Shown in pieces: positions 1-27,100 of a stretch of 64,000 nt of DNA. Below the pieces are notes generated by a model that ran no database searches, was not told where the DNA came from, and was given only the letters and a program-made list of their open reading frames with translations. The DNA comes from Macrostomum lignano (taxonomy: Eukaryota): assembly GCA_002269645.1 (NCBI GenBank), contig NIVC01003080.1:1-64000 (forward strand), read 5' to 3'. Both the position numbers and the translations under genes were made by a program. Positions within the stretch are counted from its first letter, which is position 1. The number at the start of each line of letters is the position of its first letter.

Positions 1-84
1 GTAATCCGCTTCGCTTCCAATTCAACATACGGATTTGAGTGGAAAAACTTATAGCTAATCGACATAGTCGTCTCAATCGTCACA

Positions 85-16123
<16,039 letters not shown>

Positions 16124-16439
16124 CAGTCGGATAGGATACTACAGTTTATAATTTTGCTAAATTATTTTAACTCCTACACGCTACTAACAGTACTTATTCA
16201 AACAAATTCTATGCGGGAAATTTTAAACTACTAACTAATACAATAAAATAAACCGTGTTTTGAGCTTGTTAAAAAATAAGGCTTTTTATTAAAGTCCATC
16301 AAACTGTCGGTCCTATAATTAACTTTCAGCTTGGTGTACTTTAGCCGCATGTACGAGTACACAAGTGTTTCAGCTTGAGCAACTCGCCTTCAGACTAAAT
16401 AGCTCGTATGTTTTGGTTTGGTAATGAAGAGTGTGCAGA

Positions 16440-16740
16440 GGAGTGAGGTGGGTGTGTGAGTGTGGTGAGTGTAGGAGTGAGGTGGGTGTTGGAGTGAGGT
16501 GGGTGTAGGAGTGAGGTGGGTGTGGGAGTGAGGTGGGTGTGAGAGTGAGGTGGGTGCGAGAGTGAGGTGGGTGTAGGAGTGAGGTGGGTGTGGGAGTGAG
16601 GTGGGTGTGGGAGTGAGGTGGGTGCGGGAGTGAGGTGGGTGTGGGAGTGAGGTTGGGTGCGGGAGTGAGGTGGGTGCAGGAGTGAGGTGGGTGCGGGAGT
16701 GAGGTGGGTGAAGGAGTGAGGTGGGTCTAGGAGTGAGGTG
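16440..16740. repeat. 18-bp GT-rich repeat (GGAGTGAGGTGGGTGT..)
   Basis: Directly visible. Confidence 0.9.
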
Positions 16741-17419
16741 AATTTCGTGTGTTCTTGCTGACGAATTTGTTCATTACTGAAAAAGAATAGGACAGACTAT
16801 ACATGCCTTGTTTGCTTGGATAGACAAAAAATAGTTATACGAAAACATCGGGGCCTACTGACAATAGGCAATTACAAGACATTTACTTTTATTTAGGGAG
16901 TTTGCGCGGAAAAAATAACTTTTCTCTTTTCGCTGTTCGTACAAATAACAAGCTAGCTATTGAAATTTTTTACGTTATAAAATCAGTACGTCATAAATTG
17001 CAGATGCCACAGAGCGATCATAAATCACTTTGATTTTTCACGCAATTATCTGGTGTGTTAAAATTCTAAAATTGTTGCTGAAGCAACGGTTCACCAGACG
17101 ACACCAGACAAGACAAAGTGAGTTGAAACAAATACGAACTTGAAACTAATTCTATGAAATTAACTTAGTCAAACATATCTGAAAATTTCCTTGTTGCCCT
17201 AATCAGAAAAACATTACAATAATTCAATGCAAAATACAAAATCTAAACAGATCACGTTAGTGCACAAAACATAATTTTAATATATATTTGACTTGGATAG
17301 CTCTGAGTTTGTGCAGTAACCGCGAATTATTTTTTATTGTTCTGTATGTCTTGCTTTTAGTTTACTGCGTTCAACTGCGACACGGTAAGGTTTCGGGGAG
17401 TAGGGACATATGGGGATGA

Positions 17420-17585
17420 GTGGAGACAGGTAGGGACAGCTGGGGACAGGTAGGGACAGATGGGGACAGGTAGGGACAGATGGGGACAGGTGGAGACAGT
17501 TAGGGACAGGTGGGGACAGGTGGGGACAGGAGGGGACAGGTGGGGACAGGTGAGAACAGGTGGGGACAGTTGGGGACAGGTGAGG
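17420..17585. repeat. 10-bp repeat (GGGACAGGT.)
   Basis: Directly visible. Confidence 0.85.
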
Positions 17586-17741
17586 ACAGCCGGGCAAGCA
17601 CAAGACAGACACGAACGTGGACCGGACTGCACTGAACACGGGGATGGCGAGTCGGCAACAAGCAACAATTAAACTCCTGACCGAGCCTGACCAAACGACT
17701 GCTCCCTGCTTTTGGTCAGGCCTGGAATCGGAAATGCCGGG

Positions 17742-18838
17742 TCATTTGACCCCGGCATGCCGCACAATGGCCATCGAGGACAGGCAGTTGAAAGCGATGT
17801 GGCCGCCGCTGGTGGACAGGATGCAGCCGAACAGCGGACGGTGCCGTCGACCCTCGCCGCTTCCTTCGCGCCTCTGCCGATCCCGCTGGTCCCGGATGGA
17901 ATCCATCAGCTGCCAGGGGAAGTGGCCGGTGCCGTACACGATCTGCTCAGCCCGCCAGCCGCCGGCTCCGGAGCTGAACGGCTCCAGGCTGACCGCCTTT
18001 TGAGAGTCGCGCACCTCCTCAGCTAGCAGGGTGATGAGGCGCAGGATGCTGTGCCTCTCGCGATGCATCAGGCAGATAGTGGAGCTCTGCACAACCGAGC
18101 GCAGCGTGCCCAGGTAGTCCAGGCGCCGCTCCGCAGTTTGCTGGCTGCCCAGGTGGCCGGGCCGTCGGGGAAAATGAGCGGCCAGGTAGGCTCGGATTTT
18201 TCCCAGCTGCAACTCCGGATCCGGGAAGTCGATGAAGAAGCGGGAGCACATGTACTTCTCCAGGCTGGCCGGGTCGATGCCAGCGGCCGGCCGGTAGCCC
18301 TCGGCCAGCAGGCGGCAGTACTTGAGCAGGCCGCCACCGCGAATCTCCTCGGGATTCCTGGTGCAGATCTCCCGACTGGCCAGGTGGCTAACAGCCTCGG
18401 CGAAGCTGCCCGACACCGACTCGGCCAGAACGCGCCGATGTTTCGTTTCGTCGACTCCCTCTTCGCCGATAGATTCGAGCACAATCTGGAAGCTGTCAAC
18501 GGTGAACTCGAACTGGCGTCGCATTCGGTCGACAAATTTCAGTTCGACCATGGCCACGCAGTCGGCGTCTTCTCGACCGTCATCGGCCTGGTGAAACTGG
18601 TCGTCCTCGTCGCAACCACCCAGACTGATGAGGGACCAGCGGTCGGATTCGAGAACTCGGACCAGCTTGCGGATGTACGAATCCATGGACACCTGCTGCA
18701 GCTGCCGCTCGCCCTCAGGAAGGTAGGTGCGCAGGCTGTCCAACACGGCGGACTTGATTTTGTCCAGGGTGGCCGGCGCGCTGAGGTCCACGCTGAACAG
18801 CAGGTCCACGTCATTGTAGCACTGGTCCGGCTGACCGC
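17742..18838 (-). CDS. TENT5: TENT5/FAM46 terminal nucleotidyltransferase, coding exon 2
   Basis: YNDVDLLF, DRWSLISL, VELKFVDRMRRQFEFTVDSFQI, RNPEEIRGGGLLKYC, LEKYMCSRFFIDFPD and STICLM are FAM46 signatures. Acceptor AG at 18840-18839; exon begins GC GGT CAG (phase 1). Confidence 0.93.
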
Positions 18839-18884
18839 CTGGTGGGGAGAGGGGGGAGAGGGTCCGGCTGGAGTCTCAATGGTG

Positions 18885-19952
18885 TGATAATCTCAAACTG
18901 ACAGGTGTGATCATCTCAATCTGAATAGTGTGATAATCTCAATCTGAATAGTGTGATAATCTCAATCTGAATAGTGTGATAATCTCAATCTGACTGGTGT
19001 GATAATCTCAATCTGACTAGTGTGATAATCTCAATCTGACTGGTGTGATAATCTCAATCTGACTAGTGTGATAATCTCAAACTGACAGGTGTGATAATCT
19101 CAATCTGACTAGTGTGATAATCTCAATCTGAATAGTGTGATAATCTCAATCTGAATAGTGTGATAATCTCAAACTGACAGGTGTGATAATCTCAATCTGA
19201 CTAGTGTGATAATCTCAATCTGACAGGTGTGATAATCTCAATCTGAATAGTGTGATAATCTCAATCTGAATAGTGTGATAATCTCAATCTGACTAGTGTG
19301 ATAATCTTAATCTGAATAGTGTGATAATCTCAATCTGACTGTGATAATCTCAATCTGAATGGTGTGATAATCTCAATCTGAATAGTGTGATAATCTTAAT
19401 CTGAATAGTGTGATAATCTCAATCTGACTGTGATAATCTCAATCTGAATGGTGTGATAATCTCAATCTGAATAGTGTGATAATCTTAAACTGACAGGTGT
19501 GATCATCTCAATCTGAATAGTGTGATAATCTCAATCTGACTGGTGTGATAATCTCAATCTGACTAGTGTGATAATCTCAAACTGACAGGTGTGATAATCT
19601 CAATCTGACTAGTGTGATAATCTCAATCTGACAGGTGTGATAATCTCAATCTGAATAGTGTGATAATCTCAATCTGAATAGTGTGATAATCTCAATCTGA
19701 CTAGTGTGATAATCTTAATCTGAATAGTGTGATAATCTCAATCTGACTGTGATAATCTCAATCTGAATGGTGTGATAATCTCAATCTGAATAGTGTGATA
19801 ATCTTAAACTGACAGGTGTGATCATCTCAATCTGACTAGTGTGATAATCTCAATCTGAATAGTGTGATAATCTCAATCTGACTGGTGTGATAATCTCAAT
19901 CTGACTAGTGTGATAATCTCAATCTGACTAGCGTGATAATCTCAATCTGACA
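18885..19952. repeat. 23-bp minisatellite (TGTGATAATCTCAATCTGACTAG), left part
   Basis: Directly visible; continues at 35607 after the Polinton. Confidence 0.97.
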
Positions 19953-20315
19953 AGTAGAAGGCATGAGGGGGCTTTTGGGACAAAATTTTTCACATCCTCC
20001 ATAATCCCATTAAATCCATCCATATTATCCCTGACAGAATCAGAAAAAAGGGGGTCGCACTCGCTCACAAAACATCCTCCATAATCCCATTAAATCCATC
20101 CATATTATCCCTGACAGAATCAGAGCATAACAGGTGTCCTACTGTTATGCTCTGAGGGTTTATGCTCTGAGCATAACAGCTCCAAATCCACCCATAACAT
20201 TTCTAAAACAATCAGAAAAATAATCTGCATTCTTCTCCCCACATTCAATCCGCAACGTGCTACCACATCCCTAAGACTTTAAATCATCAGCGCAAGGTCC
20301 TTACCCATTGAAAAA
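19953..20315 (+). repeat. Left terminal inverted repeat of the Polinton (two internal units of about 80 bp)
   Basis: Reverse complement of the right end, near-identical for about 190 bp, then imperfect (ATCCACCCATAACATTTCTAAAAC...ACATTCAATCC, then GGTCCTTACCC..GAAAAAA). Confidence 0.92.
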
Positions 20316-20464
20316 ATATAAATAATTTTATTATTCATTAGTAAGAATTATATATTTATTAACAGTTGCACAGCTGATAGGATATGTATCAACTATTACA
20401 AGATTATCAAAAATGGTAGAAAAAACAGACACTATGTAGGATCTGAGTTAGAATTCTTCAACAA

Positions 20465-20886
20465 CATACAGAGCCAGCCTAGCGTTCCTTTGAGCCAGCA
20501 GCTAGATTCTCTAACGCCGTTAGAATTTTCTATGTGAAAATTTGGTGTGCCCAAGCTTATCTTGCGGGAAACTTTTCACATAGAAAATTCTAACGGCGTT
20601 AGAAAATTTCTACCCCCCCTCTATTTAACCATACAGAGCCAGCCTAGCGTTCCTTTGAGCCAGCAGCTAGATTCTCTAACGCGTTAGAATTTTCTATGTG
20701 AAAATTTGGTGTGCCCAAGCTTATCTTGCGGGAAACTTTTCACATAGAAATTTCTAACAGCGTTAGAATTTAAAACCCACCGACTGAGTTGCACACAGTA
20801 CTGAGAAAATTGCTACCCTCCTCTACTTAACTAATCGGCTGTCTCCAGTTGTTGAATCTTCTCTTTGAAATTCTAACGCGTTAGAA
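20465..20886. promoter_or_regulatory. Subterminal duplicated hairpin/palindrome block (function unknown)
   Basis: Two copies of about 140 bp with a 165-bp period. Copy 1 has a perfect 31-bp stem (20510-20540 / 20573-20603). Five TTCTAACG(C)GTTAGAA-type palindromes. The regulatory role is inferred. Confidence 0.5.
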
Positions 20887-20913
20887 AAATTCTAAATGAA
20901 CTGAATTTAAAAA

Positions 20914-21591
20914 TTACACAACTTTCCACGCAGGATCACTGGCCAAAATTTCTTCTAGAAACTTCATCTTAGAGTTTAGTTCCCTAATTGGCATTGACAC
21001 CTGTCTCAAGCCTGGGTAGGTAACAGACAGTTTGTACAGACGAATGTACAAATAGCCAGTTGATTCCTGGATGTTTACATTTTTACACAAATGGGCGAAC
21101 CGCACTTTAACATCTTGTCCAAAGTTCTCGTTGCGATAAGTTTTTAGCAGCCGCCCAACTTCGAGAATCCAATGTAGACCTCCAATTTGAGTCTTCTTGT
21201 ATTTTGCTAGAGCCGCCTTCACCCTAGTGATGATGTTCTGCTCGCCAGATGGAAGCTGGTGATCAACAGCGTCCATCAGCTGATCAGCTAGTGTTACGCG
21301 GGATGCGTACAACTTCTCCCTGAATATCTGCAGATCCGCCATCTTCTTCTGCAGAGCCGCCGCCTTCTTCTCTTCGCTACTCACATTTTGCGCTTCATTC
21401 GCTGCGGCGATATCATCAGGGGCCATGGCGAAAAACTCGATTGGTAGGTCGCCAGTTTCTAGACCGAAAAAGGTGGTTAGTTCCTCTCTTCTTCTTGCTT
21501 GTAGATGTGACGGAATATCCTGTAAAACTCTTTGTAGCATGGCACAAAGGCCTTGCTTATCTGTCAAATGAAGATTCCACTCGACTTCCAT
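20914..21591 (-). CDS. Polinton orphan protein, 225 aa, helical, possibly DNA-binding
   Basis: Intact ORF with AAAATG start. The C-terminal half (EVGRLLK...STGYLYIRLYKL..YPGL) loosely recalls DUF3102/HTH-like folds (weak inference). Confidence 0.7.
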   Translation of the reverse strand: MEVEWNLHLTDKQGLCAMLQRVLQDIPSHLQARRREELTTFFGLETGDLPIEFFAMAPDDIAAANEAQNVSSEEKKAAALQKKMADLQIFREKLYASRVTLADQLMDAVDHQLPSGEQNIITRVKAALAKYKKTQIGGLHWILEVGRLLKTYRNENFGQDVKVRFAHLCKNVNIQESTGYLYIRLYKLSVTYPGLRQVSMPIRELNSKMKFLEEILASDPAWKVV

Positions 21592-22054
21592 TTTCTAAAT
21601 CTTCTTGTCTTCTAATCTTCTAGTTTGGCGGACTATTTCTTAGATCACTTTCAGCGTGCTTAAGTTCCTGCAGTCGTCGTTTCTCAGTCGCAGTTGATGG
21701 CATATGCGGGGAGAATCAACCCGAGTGTTTCTGCATTTGCTTAAATACAGCTATACAGCTAGAAAATTCCAGAAAATTCTAGACTGTACAATCTTGGAGT
21801 CAAGCAGGGAAAAACAATCGATATAGCTCAGTGTACGATAGAGCATGAGGCGTGAGACTTCTCTGTACACAGAGCATAGCGCGAGGTGAGGAGTATGAAG
21901 GAGAAGGGCATGGTGGAAAGAGAGATTGTAACCGAAACCAGTGTGCTCAAGACTGTACACTTGTGTGGAGAGAAGAGAAGCGAAGGCCAGAAGGCCAGAA
22001 AACTTAACTCTTCTCCCAAACAGCCGCTAATCCAGCTGAATTTTCTTGCTTGAA

Positions 22055-22504
22055 TCATTCTACTCTCTCAACCCCCAGCTCTTTCAGCAGTCTTCCTAAT
22101 TCTTTACTTGGCGTGTGCAACACAAAGCCCGCCCCCAAACAACCGCCGACCCCCAACCCCAGCTTTTTCTTACCAAAAATAACCGCCTTGACTAATTTCC
22201 GAGCAATCGACTCACGAAATCCGCTTGAAGCCCCTATATTGTCTAGTCTCTTAAGCATTTCTTTGTCCCAGCGATTCTTCTCCTCAGGAAAATCTCTATA
22301 TTTAACATCGTGCCACATGCAGACAGAGTCTAGCTCGTTCACAGGCTCATGCCCAGGATGTGGATTATTGTTTTTATCTAACTGTATTTCAAGTGGATTC
22401 AAAGGCCCGCAATATTTATAGCCGGGAAGTGTCCAGCCTTTGTTTGGATGAGGAAGCTTTTCTATCAGTCCATGTGAATCTATTTTACCACCAGAGCGCT
22501 GCAT
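22055..22504 (-). CDS. Parvovirus VP1u-like phospholipase A2 domain protein (adintovirus PLA2X-like)
   Basis: WTLPGYKYCGPLN...EPVNELDSVCMWHDVKY matches the LPGYxYxGP...PVNxxDxxxxxHDxxY parvoviral PLA2 motif. Confidence 0.88.
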   Translation of the reverse strand: MQRSGGKIDSHGLIEKLPHPNKGWTLPGYKYCGPLNPLEIQLDKNNNPHPGHEPVNELDSVCMWHDVKYRDFPEEKNRWDKEMLKRLDNIGASSGFRESIARKLVKAVIFGKKKLGLGVGGCLGAGFVLHTPSKELGRLLKELGVERVE

Positions 22505-22535
22505 TATTTTATTTAAAATTTTCTTTTTAAAAAAA

Positions 22536-23573
22536 ATGACAGATCAGAAACTTAAAAAACTCTACTACAGCGACAAAGGATTCTTTGTAGGCAAAAATGC
22601 CGTTAGTAAACTCATGGAGCTGAGTAAGGAGCCAAAAGCTACAGTAGAAAAATGGCTCTCTAAGCAGGCTGTCTTTCAAGTCTATTTCCCACCAGTAAAA
22701 TTTGAAAGGCCCCATTTCAGTATTTATAAACCTAATGAAGCGCACCAAGCAGATCTTTTGTTTCTCCCCAACGACTCAGGCTACAAGTATGCTCTTACAA
22801 TTATTGACATTGCTTCCAGATATAAGGAAGCTCGCCCACTCAAGACGAAGAAGTCAGAGGTTGTTGCCAGCGCACTGCAAGATATTTATAAAAACTCTCC
22901 GCTCACATACCCCCAAATCTTTATGACCGACCCGGGTAAGGAATTCATGGGTGTAGTGAAATCCCTTATGGAAAAGAAAAACACAGAGATTCGCTATGGC
23001 AGAACAAACTTGCACAGAGACCAGGCTTTTGTGGAAAGATTCAATCTAACTCTAGCCAAGAGACTATTCACTAAGCAGACAGCGCAAGAACTCAAACTGA
23101 GTGCGGGGCAGTACTATACCAAGTGGACAGAAAGACTCCCCACTGTTATAGAGCAACTGAACAATGAAGTCACACGCATGACTGGATTGAAACCATCCCA
23201 TGCAATTAAACAAGACACTGTCGAACTTAAGGCATCTCATAGAACAGACAACAACACGACAACCCCACACAACACACACAACACAAAGCACACCTCGAAC
23301 TACCCTAAGCTTCCAGGAGTTGAATCACCATACATACTGACAAACTCTGAGTTTCTACGCTTTTTATATCTACCTGGAGAGCTAGAGAAAGACACCAAAA
23401 GAAGAGCTACAGATCCATACTTCAGCCTTGATGTACATAAAATAGACAGACATTTTACCTCCGACTCCGGTGACTATTACTTTTTATCTCAGGCCTTTAA
23501 CCCTAAATCCCCCACACGGTCATTCACTAGAGCTGAACTCCTAGTGATACCAGCTGACACAGAAATTAATTAA
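22536..23573 (+). CDS. Retroviral-type (rve) DDE integrase of the Polinton
   Basis: HQADLLFL (D), FMTDPGKEF (D), AFVERFNLTL (E), YKYALTIIDIASRY; intact 345-aa ORF. Confidence 0.95.
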   Translation: MTDQKLKKLYYSDKGFFVGKNAVSKLMELSKEPKATVEKWLSKQAVFQVYFPPVKFERPHFSIYKPNEAHQADLLFLPNDSGYKYALTIIDIASRYKEARPLKTKKSEVVASALQDIYKNSPLTYPQIFMTDPGKEFMGVVKSLMEKKNTEIRYGRTNLHRDQAFVERFNLTLAKRLFTKQTAQELKLSAGQYYTKWTERLPTVIEQLNNEVTRMTGLKPSHAIKQDTVELKASHRTDNNTTTPHNTHNTKHTSNYPKLPGVESPYILTNSEFLRFLYLPGELEKDTKRRATDPYFSLDVHKIDRHFTSDSGDYYFLSQAFNPKSPTRSFTRAELLVIPADTEIN

Positions 23574-23589
23574 AATATTAAAATAAAAA

Positions 23590-24047
23590 ATGACAAAGAT
23601 TGAAACCAGAACCATCAATAAACTCAATAAAATCATTGAATCAAAGAAACCAGGTCTTATATCAATTAAAGGTATCAAAGTAAAAATCGATCCACGCAGC
23701 AAATAGTTCAGTGTAATGAACAAAGACACAGCATCACAGATGAAAAGTCAGGAGGAATCCTACCATTAGCAGCTCTTATTCCGATCATTGCAGGCGCTGT
23801 AAGTGCCGCAGGTGGTGTAGCTGGAGGTGTAGCAACTGCTGTTAAAGCTGGGAATGATAGAGCCCACCAGCTAGAATTGCAAAAGATTGCAAGAGACAAA
23901 GGTATAACAATTAAGGCAGGAGAGGGCTGCCCTGAGGGCTGCCCCGATCGTGATGATTGTGAGCATGAAAATTCTGTAAGCAAGTCTGACATTGTCAAAG
24001 CTATCATGACACTGCACAATGCTGGGTTTACAATAATGCGGATGTGA
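23590..24047 (+). CDS. Adenovirus pX-like core/membrane protein (one frameshift; absent from the ORF track)
   Basis: ATG at 23590 (MTKIETRT...) shifts -1 into a frame open from 23670 to TGA 24047, reading ...KSGGILPLAALIPIIAGAVSAAGGVAGGVATAVKAG..., similar to adenovirus pX GGILPLLIPLIAAAIGAVPGIASV. Confidence 0.72.
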
Positions 24048-24171
24048 TGAGGTTTAAAACCCCACTTTATCCAGCTTCATAAACCTAACGCTACTTATAG
24101 GATGTAGAAACAGTTCAACTTTTCTATCAGGGTGGTCACCCTCAAAATTTTTTTTATATTTTAGAGAAAAA

Positions 24172-27100
24172 ATGCCAAAAGCCAATCCAGCAAAAGATTT
24201 AGTCAACAAATATTTTTCAAAAGGCGTCTCATTTCAAGACAAAAGTAATTTACTAAGAGAAGCATGTAAACAAAAGTTTAACACCGACCCTGGTCACCTG
24301 GGAAGCTATGAAAAACAGTTGGAAATCATCAATCAATTAGAATCCAACCAGTATGCGCCTATAAAAAATCCTGCAAAGGAACACCAAGAGAGGAGTCGCA
24401 ACTTAGTTAACAAATACGAAACTCTCACTGGTGAAAAAGCAAAGTACCCACAAAATAAGCAGGAACAAGAGAAATTAGAGCAATTAATCCATTTAAAAGA
24501 GTCGGAGCTTGCCATTGAAGAGATTAATTTTGCACAGAGGAAGTTTACAGAACATTACATAGAGTACACAATCCCAATTAAGGATACCACCGCAAACATC
24601 TACGACTATAAAGACAGCATCCAATCAGTTGTTGATCACACACTCAAAACACGCAAGACCTTTAAACTACAGATATCATTCAAGATTGCGTTTTATATGC
24701 CTGCAAAACCCACTGAGCATCTCGAGTATTACATGACAACAAAGGCAAAGCCATTCACCCCACAGACACACTGGATCCTTTCCTTCAAGATGTCAATAAG
24801 AAAATTGAAGCGTTTACATCCAGAGGTTCCGGATGGGTCGTGGGAGGGATTCAAAGAGCGACTGTCATGGTCATGAAATATGACCCACTTAAAGCCTCCT
24901 CTTATATAGAGCTCCCGCATAAGCTAGCCGGCAAAAAAGCTTGCATAAATGTTAAAAATAAAGACAATTGCTGTGCTCTATGGGCAGTTCTTTCTGCACT
25001 TCTTCATGATAGTGTCCCTCACCACCCGAAAGAACCTCAAATTATCAAAATTATTTCAACTACTATCTCATCGAATGCGAAAAGAAGGGAATCAGGTTTG
25101 ACAAAGGAGGCTTGGCGATCTCTCAGATCCCAAAGCTAGAAGAAGTGTTTAATAACAAAATTAGAATCACAGTCTTTGAGTGGAGTGAAAAAACTGAGAA
25201 AGTTCAACCGGTCAGATGTAGCAAAGACGTTTTAGATCCTGAGGGGAAAAGGCGGACTGAAGTGGATCTTCTAGTGATTGGTAATTTACTAGAGGAGGCT
25301 CACTATGTTTGGATTAAAGATCTTTCAAGACTCATTCACAAGCAGTTGAATAATCATCACGAGGCTGTTGCCATCTGCCGCTTGTGCCTTAAGCATTACA
25401 GTGGACCTGAACGCTTTGAAAAACTAGCAGAGCATGAATTATCATGCGAGGATCACCCAACAAACTGCTCTCTTCCTTCAGCTGAAGAGAAGTATCTCCG
25501 GTTTAAGAACTATCACAAGATGGAGAAGCTCCCATTTGTTGTATATGCTGATTTCGAATGCTCAATCATGCCGGAAACTCAAAAACAAACTCAAACTCAA
25601 AAACATGTCCCCAATTCAGTAGCATATGCCTTTATTAATACAAAAGGACTTGTTGAGTATAATTATTTCTTTGGAGAGCAGTGTGTGGAGCAGTTTATTG
25701 CCAGAATGTTAGAGTTGCAAAAAGTGATTAGCACCCTTCAACCTGTTCCAATAATGATGACTGAGGAGGATGAAAGCAATTTCCTATCAGCAACTCATTG
25801 CCACATCTGCAGGAAACATTTAACTTGCACTAATATTAAAAACCCCACCGTTAGGGACCACTGCCACTTTACTGGGAAATTTAGAGGTGCAGCGCATAAC
25901 ACCTGTAATCTAAAGCTAAAATCGAACATTCATGATCTAACGATATTTTGTCACAACGCAAAGAACTATGACATGCATTTAATAGTTGAAAAAATCGGCA
26001 TGATTCCAGACATACACCTTGATTGCATCGCAGAGAACAAGGAGAAGTTTAAGTGTGTTGATATTAAACAGGATAATTCGGGTAATTCGGTACAGGTAAA
26101 ATAAGACTGAAGGATTCATATCAATTTCTAGCTGCCAGTCTAGACGAACTAAGCAAGAATCTAAAAGATGAACAATGTACATATACAAAGATGTTTGCAA
26201 GTAAAATTAACAACAGTGATGAATCATTTAAACTTGAGAACCAAAGGCTTCTACCCCTATGAAAATATTACTGGGTATCACGTATTTGAAGAAGGTTTAC
26301 CACCACAGGAGAAGTTCTTTTCAAAGCTAACAGACTCTGGAATCTCTGACAAAGACTATGAGCACGCGAAGCATGTCTATAATTACTTTAATTGTCAAAA
26401 CTTCTTCCAGTATCACCTGCTTTACCTCTTCACAGATGTGTTTCTGCTGGCTGATGTGTTTGAAACCTTCAGATACACCTGGTACACAGCATATGGCCTC
26501 GATCCAGCACATTATGTGTCTCTGCCTGCCACTAGCTGGGAATCTTTGCTTAAAATGAAATGGGATCAAGATCCAGATTGGTACATTGAACTTCTTACAG
26601 ACATTGACATGTACAATTTTGTCGAATCGTCAAAGCGAGGGGGATCTCAATTTGCGTTAACAGGTATGCAAAAGCAAACAATCCCTACATTGAATCTTAC
26701 AATAAGGAGCAGCCCTCAAACTACATTACTTACTTGGACGCTAATAATCTCTACGGGTGGGCGATGAGTCAAGATCTTCCAGTTAGAGATTTTCGATGGC
26801 TACCCTCATCAGAATTCAAAGGGACTTTTCATTGGCTGCCATTTATGAGTTGATGTTTACATTCCACCAGAGCTTCACGACTATTTCTCTGACTTTCCAC
26901 CCTTCCCAGAGAACATCAAGTGCCCGAAAATAATCGAAACTCCCAATGATAATAATGGAACTTGGCACCTGTCAGGAACAGAAAAAGAACATACAGAGAA
27001 ACTAACACAGAATCTAAACAACAAGACACGTTACAAAATCCATTACAAACTGCTTCAGTATTTTATCTCACTTGGTTGCAGGGTCACCAAAGTTCACAGG

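Noticed and set aside
18051-18887. 278-aa plus-strand ORF and other overlapping GC-rich ORFs
   Set aside because: Antisense shadows of TENT5. The same applies to shadow ORFs over THSD7, the LINE and the TECPR2-like exon.
23670-23710. Programmed -1 ribosomal frameshift in the pX-like gene
   Set aside because: No canonical slippery heptamer with a downstream structure; simpler as one of many single-base losses.
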